DNA of 64,000 nucleotides from Candidatus Absconditabacterales bacterium (GCA_041908765.1 JAYREU010000039.1:7618-71617), one strand, 5' to 3'. Numbered from the stretch's first letter, positions 48,660-61,441 are shown. Made by a program: numbers and translations. Notes: a model not told the origin generated them from the sequence alone.

Positions 48660-49136
48660 ATGTTTTTGTGAGTAGATCCAGGAGTCAGAAAGCTGTGATA
48701 TGCGCTAGTAGATGGCAATAAAAAAGTCATCGATGCGGGTATTTTGCTGTCTGATGAAAGTTCTCCAACGAGAATGGATCAGTTTGCAAGAATGCATGAG
48801 ATATATGAGTTCTTTGTAGAGTTGGTTGCAAAGTATCCTATTCGTGCAGTTGCTATGGAGAAATTGTTTTTCACGACTTCCAACCAAAATAACGCTGAGT
48901 ATGTGTATGGGGTGAGAGGATCACTCGGTATGCTGTTTCGCAAACATACCATACCTCTCTATGAGTATACGCCACCGCAACTCAAAAAAGCAATTACGGG
49001 CACGGGATTAGCGAGCAAACGTGCAATGCAGTTGATGACGCAGAAGCTCTTTGCGCTCGAGCAAGCGCCGACACGACATGACACAGCAGATGCCTTGGGA
49101 CTCGCTTGGCTAGCATTACAAAGAACCAAAAAGTAG
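48660..49136 (+). CDS. ruvC: crossover junction endodeoxyribonuclease RuvC
   Basis: MFLGVDPGVRKLGYALV (two TGA=Gly in the conserved GxDPG...GY motif) and a C-terminal DTADALGLA. Confidence 0.9.
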
Positions 49137-49268
49137 TTGCAATGTGCATACGATTATGTATGAGTAGGTGCAGATGTGCTAGTTTTTGTTGCTTTATGCA
49201 ACCCCTCCCCACTGGGTGATGTGGACAGGATTATTTCAAAGGCGGCGAGGATTCCTCCCGTCTTTTTT

Positions 49269-51707
49269 TTATGAGTTCTCTAGTTCATTTTTATAGATAT
49301 GTTTGTAGATTTCGATGAAAATAAACATGATGACCGCAACAGCTAATGCATCCAACCAATACCAACCAATTGGTACAATCGCCAAGAATTTTCATAATCC
49401 AGGTAGCATATAGGGAGCTGCTAAAAGCGCAAACCCTCATAGTACAGAAATGAGCAACCAAACGTTGTTGAAGGGATTCTCTTTCCATACCGGATCACTG
49501 AGCGTCCTCACGGAGAATACATAAATGAGCGAGGCAATACCGAATGATGCAAAAGCCACTGAACGAGCGAAAATAATATCTTTGGTATCTAGGTATACTC
49601 GTACAAACAACACGAAACTACTAATTGCTCCAATAGTAGATACCAATCAAATTAATTGTTTCATCCAAGGCGCGACGAGATATTCTTTGGGTGATCTGGG
49701 TTTTTTCTGCATGATTCATTTTCTGATAGGGTCTACGGTGAGGGCAATATTGGGGAAACCGTCAGAGACGAGATTAATCCACAAAATTTGTGATGCTGAA
49801 ATAGGCAGCGGATACCCTGTGAGGATTGCAATCAAGATAGCTATAATTTGCACGAATGCATCACAGAGAAGATACAGAATAATCTTTCTGATATTATCAA
49901 ACATTCAACGTCCTTCTTCGACTGCAGATACAATAGTAGAGAAACTCGAGTTCATGAGGATAAGATCAGCGGATTCTTTTGCTACTTCTGTGGCTTCAGC
50001 AACGACGATACCTATATCTGCTTTCTTGAGGGCTGGTGCATCGTTGACACCGTCTCCCATCATAGCGACTATTTCTCCATCATCTTTGAGTGCTTGTACG
50101 ATACGCATTTTTTGGGCTGGTTGCGTCCTTGCGAAGAGTTTGACATGACTATCTTTCTCTAGCCACGCATCAAGCTCAGCATCACTCATGGCAGCCAACA
50201 TATCGCCAGTCATCATCGAGTCATCTCTTACCGCTACACCTAATTTTTCCATGATAGCGCGAGCTGTACCAGGGTAATCTCCCGTGATGACGATGAGTTT
50301 GATACCTGCTTCATGCGTCTTTTGTAGTGCTTCTTTGACATCCTCTCTGACGGGATCTGCCAAACAGATGATGCCTTCCCAAGTCAGTCAGCTAGTTACT
50401 CACTCATGCGATATTTTAGTGATCGCATCTGAGATCTCTTTCTTCGCACAGGCGATGAGTCTATATCCTTGGTCTGTTAACTTATCTATGATAGCCTTGG
50501 TATCTGCTATTTCTTTTGCAGAGAGTGTAGACCATTGTATAAGATAGTCTGGGGCTCATGTTACATAGAGTGTCTTTTGATTATTGGTGGTATACAGACT
50601 CGCTGCATATTTGCGTTCGGAGGCAAAGGGTACTTTATCAAGCAACTGAGCATCATCGGTCACCGGAGATTGTTGCTGTGCTCGCGTGATAATCGCTTTG
50701 GAAACCGCATTATCATCATCGGTAGTATACATAATTTCCTTGGCAATCGATATTTTGTCGCCAATAATATCAACGACTTCCATCACTCCATGCGTGAGAG
50801 TCCCTGTTTTGCCTGAACAAATCACGGTGACTCAACCGAGCGTTTCTGCAGAGACGAGGTTTTTGACGAGACCTTTTCTCTTGAGAATTCTTTGCATACC
50901 AATAGTGAGTACTATCGTCAACGCCACCAATAGCCCTTCGGGAATAGCTCCAACAGCCAATGCTACTGCAGTAGTGAAGATATCCACAGGAGATTGTCCA
51001 CGAATGAGTCCTATCACGAAAACGACAAGTACAATTCCTACTACTACCCGTGTGAGTTGCTTGCTGAAATATTGTAATTGCTTTTGGAGTGGCGTGACGG
51101 TTTCACCTCATTGGAGACTACTGGCAATTTTACCGAGCTCTGTGGTGGCTCATGTTTTTTGAATTTCTACATACGCTGATCCAGAAAGGACGACGGTGCC
51201 CATAAATGCCCCATCGGCTATATTTTTTTCCACGGGTAGTGATTCTCAGGTGAGCATGGCTTCGGAGACAGTGAGTTTGGTATTTTCTCTCACGATACCA
51301 TCTGCGGGAATTTTGCAACCACTTTTACACAAGATAATATCTCCTGGTACGAGTTCTTTGGTAGGAAGGTCTATGAGTTTTCCATCTCTCAGGGTGGGGA
51401 TAGTGGGTTGGAGGAGGTCTTTGAGTGCTTGTAAGGCTTTGCCCGCTTTACTTTCCTGATACCAGCCAAGTACGGTATTGAGCACTACAGAAAATCAAAT
51501 AATAACGGTGTCTTCATAATCACCCAAAAAGAACGTAACTCCTGCCGCTACGAGGAGAATATAGACGAGCGGACTTTTGAGTTGCTCTAAGACTATCTCG
51601 AGCTGGGTAGGCGGTCTTTTTTCAGGGAGCATATTGAGTCCGAAGCGCTGTTGGAGGTCATGGACTTGAGATGTGGTTAGCCCGCTTAGTGTAGTGGTTG
51701 TTCCCAT
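49269..51707 (-). CDS. P-type cation-transporting ATPase (type II-like) with an aberrant phosphorylation motif
   Basis: TGES (Gly from TGA), ICSGKTGTLT in place of ICSDKTGTLT, VITGD and GDGVNDAPAL. Eight track fragments share one frame. TAA stop at 49269. Confidence 0.85.
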
Positions 51708-51850
51708 GGAGAGTGCAAAAAAATAAGTAGCATAATAGTAGTCCAAAATAGAGGAAATTGCAAAATAATTTGTGGAAAAGAATATGCGACAATTGCCTAG
51801 AAATTCATTTGAAATTGGCTATACAAAGACAATTTATCATTTCTTTGCCC

Positions 51851-54800
51851 ATGAGTGATGCACGTTTCTCACCTAATTTGCTTTCCGCTACCCAGGATAA
51901 TGCATATTACGCATTGACAATGTTTCCCTACCCATCTGGAATAGGCCTGCATTGCGGGCATGCAAGTATTTTTACGATAAATGACGTCGTGGCGAGATTT
52001 CAACGTATGCAAGGTAAAGTTGTCTTCAATCCCTTTGGTTTCGATGCATTTGGTTTGCCGACCGAGAACTATGCGATGGAACGTGGAATTCCTGCCTACG
52101 AAGTGACCCAAGAGAACAAAGCATTCTTTATCAAACAAGTGCAGGCGTTAGAGATTAGCTTTGACTATGAAAAGGTGATTGATACCTCAGATCCTGTCTA
52201 CTACAAACGAACGCAATGGATATTCGCTGAGCTTTTCAAGGCAGGACTTGTCTATCGCGACACGCTCCGAGTCAATCGATGTCCGAGCTGTCAAACGGTA
52301 TTAGCAAATGACCAAGTAGTAGAAGGCAAATGTGAGCGTTGCAAGACGCCCATTATTCAAAAAAAGCACCCGCAATGGTTTATCAAAATAACCGCTTATG
52401 CGGATAAGTTACTGGCAGATCTCGATCTTATCGATCGACCAGAAGAAACCAAAACAGCGCAGAGAAATTGGATTGGGCGTTCTGAGGGCGCAGAGATAGA
52501 TTTTGTGATTGAAGGACACGATGACAACAAAATTACCGTCTTCACCACACGTCCAGACACGATCTATGGTGTGACCGCTCTGGTAGTAGCACCAGAAGTA
52601 ACTTCACTGGATGAGTACGTCCCAGCAGATCATCTCGATGCGCTCCATGCGTATAGAAAAACCACGCTTGCCAAAACTGCTGTCCAAAGACAGCAGGGTC
52701 TCGAAGAAAAGTCGGGAGTCTTTTCGGGCATCTATGCATTACATCCACTTACAGGTGAACGTATCCCTGTTTGGTTTGCAGACTATGTCTTGCCCGATTA
52801 TGCAACGGGTGCAGTGATGTTTGTGCCAGCTCATGATGAGAGGGATCGGGAGTTTGCAAAGAAATACGGGATGCAGGTAAGGCAGGTTATTGAACAAAAA
52901 GACACAGATACACCCCCTTTCTTTTCGGGAGAGGGCAAGAAGATGGAAACTGAAAACTCCCCTCTCCTTTCGGAGAAGGAACAGGTCACCACTAAAGAAT
53001 TCCCTCTCCTTTTGGGAGAGGGTCAGGGTGAGGGTGTTCTGCATAAAAACAATATCTACCATACCGTTGAAGAAAAAGAAAAACTTATTACCTACGCAAA
53101 GGAACTCAGAAAAGCCTGAACAAATGGTGAAAAATTTGTATGGGAGTTTTTGAGAAATAGATGATATAGTAATCTCAAACGAAGAAGACAGCATCCATTA
53201 GGTAATTATATAGCTGATTTTTATTGTCACGAATACAAGCTTGTACTTGAATTAGATGGCCCACAACATGAATGACAAACATGATATGATGCCAAAAGAG
53301 ATGCATATATGGAAGATCTATGACTTACTATTGTTAGAATTAGCACGGATAAATTGTATGAAGAGCCTGGTTTGTTGTTTCAGTATATCGAGGAACATTT
53401 ACCCTCACCCCATCCCTCTCCCAAAGGAGAGGGGGATCGTGCATATACCTGATCATGAAAACTTATTAACTCATGACCCTTTGACGGACTCGATAATCAA
53501 GAAGCCAAGAAGAAAATCATCGCACACCTCGAGACGCTAGGTGTCGGTCGTGCTAAAGTGAGTTATAAATTGCGTGATTGGTCGGTAAGTCGCCAAAGAT
53601 ATTGGGGGAGTCCTATACCTGTCTATTATGATGTACCTGATGACCAGGTCGCATTTTATGCCTACCAAGATGCAGCGAAAAAACACAAAGATGGTGAGCC
53701 TACGCTTACCAGGCAAGTCATACAGGTGATTGTCAAAGATAAAAATTCAGATCAGTATGCTTGGATTGAGTGGAAAAGCGATGGTGATACCAGCGGATTT
53801 TTCGGGGGTATTGAAGAAGGGGAAGACATGCATGAAGCTATCAAACGTGAATTGCGTGAAGAAGGAGGAATAATCGATGTAGCTATCAAACAAGAGATTA
53901 TGGAGTATCACTGTAAGTTCTTTCATCCTACCAAACAAAGAAATCAGTATAGCATTTGCCATGCTTGGTATGTAGAAGTAGATCGCACTAGTTGTCAGGA
54001 GATAAGTAATGAAGAAAAAATGAAACATGAGATAGTCCGATTGACTGCTGATGAATTCTTACGCATTTCCAAGAATGATACCAGCATCTATGTCGTCAAT
54101 CAGCTCTTGGGTAACTCACAAAAGGCATGGCCACAAGCCAATAGATACAACGACCACAATCCTGTTCCTGAAGATAAAAAAATCCCTCACCTGATCCCTG
54201 ATGCAGAACTTCCCGTAGTACTTCCATTGGATCTCGAAAATTATAAACCAAGTGGTAAGTCACCTCTTGAAGATCATCCGACCTTTCCGGAGTATCACAA
54301 GGACGGTAAGGTTTACCGTCGTGAATGTGACACCTTGGACACCTTCATGTGCAGTTCGTTTTATTTCTTGAGATTCTTGGATCCGACCAATCCTGATCAA
54401 TTAGTCCGCAAGGAGGTCGCTGATGCACGGTTGCCTATTGAGTTGTATACAGGTGGCAAGGAACATACGGTGGGGCATTTGCTGTATGCGCGCTTTATTC
54501 ACAAATTTTTGTATGATCAATGATATCTCTCCTGTCCTGAACCTTTCCAAAAATTGGTACATCAGGGAATGGTACTGTGATTTGATGGGCGCAAAATGGG
54601 GAAGAGATATAACAATGGTATCGATCCTATTGAAATGGTGGAACTCCACGGTGCAGACGCACTCAGGACCTATCTGATGTTTATGGGACCGGTGGATCAG
54701 GATAAGACGCGAAATGATAATGCACTCCATGGTGTCAAAAAGTTCCTCGAAAGAATAGAAAGAATTTTGCAACAACCTCGATTTGGGCAAGGGAAACAGG

Positions 54801-55261
54801 CGGTTACCTCGGCAGTGCATCAAACTATCCAAGGTGTTACTGATGATTTTCATGCGCTCAAGCTCAATACTGTCGTGAGTAAATTGATGATATTGACCAA
54901 TACAATCTATGATCAACAGGCAGCAACTAGCGATGATATGTGTATCATGACTCGTTTACTCGCACCGCTTGCGCCTAGTTTGGCAGACCGTTTGTGGGAA
55001 GCACTGGGACAAACAAATGATGTGCAATATGCGCCTCGACCTCTTGTAGACTCAACCAAAATTATCATCGAACAGATTAACCTCCCTGTACAAATAAATG
55101 GTAAAATGAGAGGAACCTTGCCTGTAGCTCCTGGACTGTGAGAGCAGGAGATATTGGGATTACTTCACACACATGAACATTTCGCATGATATCTAGTGGA
55201 TAAAACGATACAAAAGTCTATCTTTGTACCAGATAAGATAATTAATATTATCGTTAACTAA
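51851..55261 (+). CDS. leuS: leucine--tRNA ligase with two large in-frame insertions (1136 codons)
   Basis: MFPYPSG..LHCGH (HIGH class), [21 protein letters not shown] (KMSKS) and a C-terminal [11 protein letters not shown]. All fragments (51758-53119, 53558-54523, 54596-55141) are in frame 2, and no TAA or TAG occurs in between. Confidence 0.9.
53000..53436 (+). mobile_element. DUF559 (Vsr-like endonuclease) cassette bounded by 36-nt inverted repeats, inserted in frame in leuS
   Basis: Left repeat: ttccctctccttttgggagagggtcagggtgagggtg (53000-53036). Right repeat: accctcaccccatccctctcccaaaggagaggggga (53401-53436). The interior encodes [58 protein letters not shown]... Confidence 0.65.
53633..54181 (+). 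other. Nudix hydrolase domain inserted within LeuS
   Basis: A perfect Nudix box [23 protein letters not shown] lies at 53804-53872, between the conserved LeuS blocks SPIPVYY and [11 protein letters not shown]. Confidence 0.75.
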
Positions 55262-55285
55262 TCTTTTACCTTATTCTTTTCTTAT

Positions 55286-56050
55286 ATGATTACATTTCTT
55301 CTCGCAAATCTGTGGATTCTGATTGTAGTCGCTTTATTGATGGGCATCAAAATTATCAATGAATATCAAAGAGGTATTGTTTTCACACTTGGTAGATTTA
55401 CTAAGGTTTTGTGACCTGGTCTCAAGGTAGTTATACCAATCATTCAAAGAGTAGTAATTACTGATATCAGAGAAAAAGCGGTCGATGTTCCTTCACAGGA
55501 AGCAATGACAAAAGATAATGTATCTTGTAGTATCAATGCAGTGATCTACTATAAAGTCAAAGCTCTTGAAGTGGAAAAATCTCTTATTAATGTCAAAAAT
55601 ATCGACTATGCAATGAGTCAGTTTGCTCAAACTTCTATGAGAAATATTGTAGGACAATTTGAGCTTGATCAATTGCTCAGTGATAGAGAAGCCGCAAGTG
55701 CGAAAATCAAAGAAGTAATTGATGAAAAATCCAATAGTCGATGAGTCGATGTCTTGGCAGTAGAGATCAAAGATATCAACCTTCCTGAGAATCTCAAAAG
55801 AACTATCGGTAAACAAGCAGAAGCAGAAAGAGAAAAGAGAGCTAAAATTATTACTTCTGAAGGAGAATTGGCATCTGCTGATAACCTCAAAAGAGCTGCA
55901 GAACTCCTAGGAACTGCGCCAGGTGCGCTCCACTTGAGAACGCTACAAGCTATCAATGATATTAGTTCTGATCAATCAAATACCACAGTTTGGATGGTGC
56001 CTCTAGATGTGCTCAAAGCAATTGAATGATTTGGTAAACAAATGAAATAG
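55286..56050 (+). CDS. SPFH/band-7 (stomatin-like) membrane protein
   Basis: N-terminal TM helix, then INEYQRGIVFTLGRF, TKDNVSCSINAVIYYKV and EAEREKRAKII. Confidence 0.85.
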
Positions 56051-56072
56051 ATTTTTTAGATCTTCACATTGT

Positions 56073-57437
56073 ATGAAAAAACTTTTCTTTGCAGTCATCA
56101 ATTGATTGGCAAGATTGTACCTCAATATACATAAACCCTATATTATAGGTATCACTGGTAGTGTATGAAAAACGTCTTGTAGAATGGTGATAGCGCAGAC
56201 ACTCACTACCTTGTTACCAGGTCTTCGTATTGCTACCTCTCAGAAAAATTTCAATTCTATAGATGCGTGATTTGCCTTAGCAATTTTTGATGTCAATGAG
56301 TTTACACCTTCACTTGTTGGATCGTGTAAAGCATTAGCTCATGTGCTGGGGCGTTTCTTTCAAAGGAAAAGATATGATATTCTCGTCCTTGAGTATGGAA
56401 TTGATCAGCCCGGAGACATGACAGGACTGATCGCTATAGCACGTCCAGATATAGCGATATTTACTGCCTTGGATAAAGTCCATGCTATGAATTTTGCAAA
56501 CAAAGATGATATCTTATTCGAGAAAACAAGGTTGCTCGTAGCTGCGCGTGATGTGGTGTTCTACCCAAGCGATGGAGAATATATTCTTCCCTTTCTCGCC
56601 CATATTGATGTTGAGAAACTCTCGTACAGCATGCAAGAAGATGTGTCACACGAGGCAGATATCGGTTACAAAGATTATTTGTTGACCTACATAAATGACA
56701 GTGTTCAAGCTGTTTTCTCGTTGATGCAAGGGAGGGAGAAAATCGGTACAGCATGTATCCCTGTCTTGGGTAAAGAGCAGGCCGCATATACAAGTATAGC
56801 AGTTGCTATTCAACTTATTTTGGCTAGGAGATTTCAGCAGGCATGAGTGACGAATATCAGCAATGAGGAGGATGTGTGAACATTGTTGCTCCCTCTCTCT
56901 TTGCAAGAAGGTAGAGCAACAGTATTGCATTGAATACATAATAGTATGATAATTGATTCATCATACAATGCTGCACCAGAGAGTATGAAAATCATGATTG
57001 ATACCAGTATTTTGTTGCGTGATCAAGTGTTTCCTGCGAGCGAACTCATTTTGTGTTTGGGGGATATGAGGGAGCTATGAATCTATACTGAATCTGAACA
57101 TAGAGCGCTCGCACAGTATGTTGCACACCGCACAGATAGATTATACTTGGTAGGTGAGTGTATGCAGCGTTATTTGCTTGACGAACTGAAGTTACTATGA
57201 TTTTCTTCACATCGTGTGAGCTGGTTTGCAAATAGTCATCTTTTGTGAAATGCACTACGTGAACACTTGATGCAAAGTCCAACACCAGCTGTAGTCTTGT
57301 GTAAATGAAGTCAAAACACTATCTTCCTTGAAGAGTCGGTCAAAGCAATACTCCATGATCCTCGTGACGCTAGCAGACTTTGTAGACAGTCTACACGACG
57401 GATGCAAAGGAAAGAAGCATATTTTACTACACAATAA
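56073..57437 (+). CDS. murF: UDP-N-acetylmuramoyl-tripeptide--D-alanyl-D-alanine ligase-like Mur ligase
   Basis: IIGITGSVGKTS (needs TGA=Gly), IDSSYNAAPESM and GDMRELG. Confidence 0.75.
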
Positions 57438-57974
57438 ATGAACTTGATGCGCATATACTTACTCTTGTTAGTTTTCTTTTTGGTATCTTGATGTACATCT
57501 CTTCAACCTCGTACACAGGTTAGTGAAGAGCAAAAGCAAGTAGAGAAAACACAGGTGAAAAATGAGCAGACGACAGAAGTTGCGCTACCTAACATTCAGA
57601 GTTCTTGATCACAGGTGTGTGTCAAGGATATTTGTTTCGTTGTAGAAATTGCTGATGATGCTGCTGAAAGAGCACAAGGGTTGATGCGAAGAGCTAATAT
57701 GGATATAGATAAGGGGATGCGATTTATTTTTGATGAACCAACTGCGCATGCTGCATTCTGGATGAAGAATACCCTTATTCCGTTAGATATGATATGGGTA
57801 AATAATGACATGCAAATTATTGCTCTTGTACACAATGCAACGCCGTGTAAAGAAATGCCTTGTCCTTCCTATGATCCTTGATCATGATATGCTAGATACG
57901 TACTTGAAATCAATGCTTGATTAGCACAACAATATGGATTGAGTACATGAGATAGTGTGGTGTTTGAGGAGTAG
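57438..57974 (+). CDS. DUF192 family lipoprotein
   Basis: Lipobox LVSGC (Gly from TGA), then VVEIADDAAERAQGLMRR...GMRFIF...FWMKNTLIPLDMIW. Confidence 0.7.
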
Positions 57975-57991
57975 TTTTATTTTTATTGTGT

Positions 57992-58543
57992 ATGATGATA
58001 ACTGTAGGTGGGAAGCCTGGATCAGGCAAAAGTACCGTCACCAAGATACTTGCAGAAATGCTTGCGTATGAGAGAATTGCTATCGGTGATATGAAAAGAA
58101 AATTAGCTGAAGAGATGTGATTGAGTATTAGTGAATTTAATAAGCTGGGTGAAGAACCAGGTAATGCAGAAAAATTTGATGTTGCCTACGAGAAATATCA
58201 GCAATCGCTTGCTCCAGATGGACCTATAATTTTGGAGTCGAGAATGAGCTATTATAATCAACCTCATGCATTCAAAGTGTTTTTGGATGTAGATGATCGA
58301 GAAGCAGCAAAGAGGATTTTCGTTGCACAGAGAACGACCGACCCAAACACCAGTCTCGATGAAGTCCATACAATTACTACTACCAGAAACAAAGAAGATC
58401 AGATAAGACGGTCTGCGTTGTATGGATCAGACTTTATGGATCTCACTCAGTACGACTTGGTCATAGATACTACTCACTTGACACCTCAAGAAGTAGTCGA
58501 TCGTATTGCTACTGGATATCAAGACTGGAAAAAGAAAGAATAA
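57992..58543 (+). CDS. cmk: cytidylate kinase-like nucleotide kinase (archaeal-type CMP kinase family)
   Basis: ITVGGKPGSGKSTVTKILA P-loop; about 183 aa. Confidence 0.6.
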
Positions 58544-58585
58544 ACGGTACACTGCCACAGATATTTTATTATTTATAGATCACCT

Positions 58586-59995
58586 ATGAAAAAATGGATG
58601 TTACCAATAATCGTATTATGAATCCTGGCTATTGGTGTCTGGTTTTTGTGGGGAGATAAATCAACTTTGCATAGTCCATCTACCGGTTTTTTGGATGAGG
58701 TTCCTGGCGAGATTGATCAGGTAATGTATATCAAAGTTGACAACTCACTTATTGAGTTAATGGAAAAGATTGAAAGCCAGACAGGATATACTTGACAACC
58801 ATTAGCAGCTCATCTCAAAGGAGTACAGTCTCTCCTTGTTGGACAGTTTTTGACACAAGGAGACCCAGTAAATATATTGTTTGTAAAAGCAGATGATGAG
58901 TTATCCATCAATGAACTTCAACAAGTAGGCGTGATAGCAGTTGAGGAAACATATACCAGTCAAAAAATTTGATCTAACACCTGGGCATATGGTGATCCAA
59001 TAGCATTAGAATATCTCGATACATACAAGGGTGATATGCTGAATGAACTCACAGGAGCACAACTTTGGAGTGAAGGCATGCAGTGAGGCACCTATAATGT
59101 TTGATTCCTTTCTCGTGGTAAAGGTGGGTGAGCAAATCCACTTGTCGCACAATTTGGCAAGAAATTGGAGTATACTATGGCACTCTCTCATTTAGCATTG
59201 CAACAAAGTGAGGGCAATATCATTATGCAGTTTTCTCCATGAACTCTGCATCCTTGAGCTAGTAACTATGAACCAAAACTTGCAACTCTCGTCAAAAGTG
59301 ATCCATTAGTATATGTTGAATTTCAGGACATATTAGGAGTACTTTGACTATCTGATGCGCAGGTTATTACTTTATTGCCAATCATTATGGCACAACTTCA
59401 TCCTACATTTGTGAATCTGCTCGCTAAAGATGATTACTATGATATTGTTTCCGTACTGCATGATAATGTAGCGCTCTCGCTAGATGTAACTAGCGGTGGA
59501 GGTATTTGATTGTGAGCTGCAGTAATTTTCAATAGTCCCAAAGCAGGTATATTAGCAGGTGTTTTGAAACCGGTACTTAGTGAACTCGTTGATAAATTCT
59601 TGTGAAGCTGAGCAATTGAGGAAAGAATCACTGATGAATGATTCACGTTGTCAGTTGCAATACCATGACTTGAGGCTGTACTGTGACAATCTCCTTTGGT
59701 AAGCTTTGAGAAACTCTCTTGAGATTCATCATGATCGATACTGAGTATCCTTATTGATCCTACGATGATTCTTGGTAAGTGAGTTCAATGACTGGTACAT
59801 GTACCTGAGAGTATTGCAAGCTTCTCTATTGATACCAAAGCAATGGAACGTTTACAGAAATCTGCTCCAGAAGCCTCACTTGATGGGCTTGCAGCAGGGC
59901 AATATCTGACACAAGGAGTGATTAAGTGACATATTGTATTGGATGAAGCGACACAACAAGTACGTCTCATTTACAAAGTCGTGGACGGAGAATAA
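58586..59995 (+). CDS. hypothetical membrane-anchored protein
   Basis: Checked line by line, frame 2 is open for 469 codons with many TGA=Gly. N-terminal TM helix. No family recognised. Confidence 0.5.
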
Positions 59996-60034
59996 AATTC
60001 TCTGTGTAGATATTCATTATTTATATTATAGACT

Positions 60035-60307
60035 ATGCAGTATCTTTCTCTCTTGGTGAAACCACATGCGAAAGCAACTGCGTGGACATGAGCATATACT
60101 GATCTCATGTGAAGTAAAGTATACACTTGTTCCCTCAAAGCAGTAGCGCAAGATGGTGAAGCAAATGCGGCGCTTATCGCATTGCTCAGTGAGACGTTGG
60201 ATTTGCCTAAGTCATGGATACGTATCGTCCAAGGGCAAAGATGACGCCACAAAGTAGTCGCGATTGATTCTACGAACGATTTGGATTTTAGTTTATTGTG
60301 TGTGTAA
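60035..60307 (+). CDS. DUF167 (YggU-like) protein
   Basis: LLVKPHAKAT...AQDGEANAALIALLSETLDLPKSWIRIVQGQRGRHKVV. Confidence 0.65.
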
Positions 60308-60308
60308 T

Positions 60309-61415
60309 ATGCGATTTGTTCGGTGAATATTGATTTTGGTGGTGATTGTCACCATATTTTACGTTCTCTATCAAAAGGACATACATGAAAAGCAGAAGGT
60401 AACCACTTTGATGAACGCGACTATGGATGTGTTATCCAAAGAAGTGAGATATACATGGCAACACGCACTAGCACACCTCTCTATCAAACAGGAATGATTT
60501 CATCGTTTGCAAACACATCTCAAAGAAGAAATTGTTGGCATGGATGCCTATCTGCATGGATTATTTATTACTCTTTTGGTGAGCTGACACGCGTTAGTAG
60601 AAGGCGTACCAGGCCTTGCGAAAACCAAAACTATTACCTTGCTTTCTCGTTATTTGGATTTAAGTTTCCAGAGAATTCAATTCACGCCAGATATGTTGCC
60701 CAGTGATATCATTTGAGCAGAAATATTTGATACCAAGAGCCAGCAATTTACTGTCCTCAAGTGACCTATCTTTGCACATTGTATCTTAGCTGATGAAATC
60801 AATAGAACTACCCCCAAGGTACAGTCCGCACTACTTGAAGCAATGCAAGAAGGGCAAGTGACTATCTCTGGAAAGACTTTTCCTTTGCCTAAGCCTTTCT
60901 TTGTGCTCGCCACACAAAATCCTTTGGAACATGAAGGCACCTATCCTTTACCAGAAGCACAGGTGGATAGGTTTTTGTTGCATATAGTAGTAGATTATCC
61001 AAGCTATGAACAAGAGCAAGATATCGTCAAGAAACATCAAGGAGTGAAGGAACATACACATTCTTCTCCAGTATTTTCCCTCGCGCAACTTACTGTATTT
61101 CAACAGGAAGTACAAAAAGTAATGATCAGTGATGCCTTGCTTGCCTATGCAGTGCGTCTCGTTCAAGCGACAAGAACTGCACAATCTCCTTTTAGCATCT
61201 GAGCTTCTCCGAGAGCTTCTTTGGCGTTGGTACAATCTGCTAAAGCAGTTGCATGGTTGAAAGCTAGCGCAGAAGTATCACTTGAGGATTTACAAATGAT
61301 GGCTGTGCCAGTATTGCGTCATAGAGTTGCCTTGGCATATGATCGCAAGAGACAATGAATTTCTTTGGACGATCAACTCGTTGAACTCTTGGTACATGTG
61401 CCTATTATCACATAG
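60309..61415 (+). CDS. moxR: MoxR-family AAA+ ATPase
   Basis: [53 protein letters not shown] and [22 protein letters not shown]. An alternative start at ATG 60412 would remove a predicted N-terminal TM helix. Confidence 0.85.
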
Positions 61416-61441
61416 TACTTTTCCTTACTTTGCCTTTTCTC

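Noticed and set aside
49525-51162. Plus-strand ORFs of 207 and 158 aa within the P-type ATPase region.
   Set aside because: They are antisense to a gene with all the P-type ATPase signatures, and their sequences are low-complexity with no motifs.
52905-53440. The leuS insertion considered as an intein.
   Set aside because: There is no Cys/Ser/Thr at the N-terminal junction, no terminal His-Asn followed by a nucleophile, and no Hint-domain blocks. The content is a DUF559/Vsr-like fold bounded by DNA inverted repeats.
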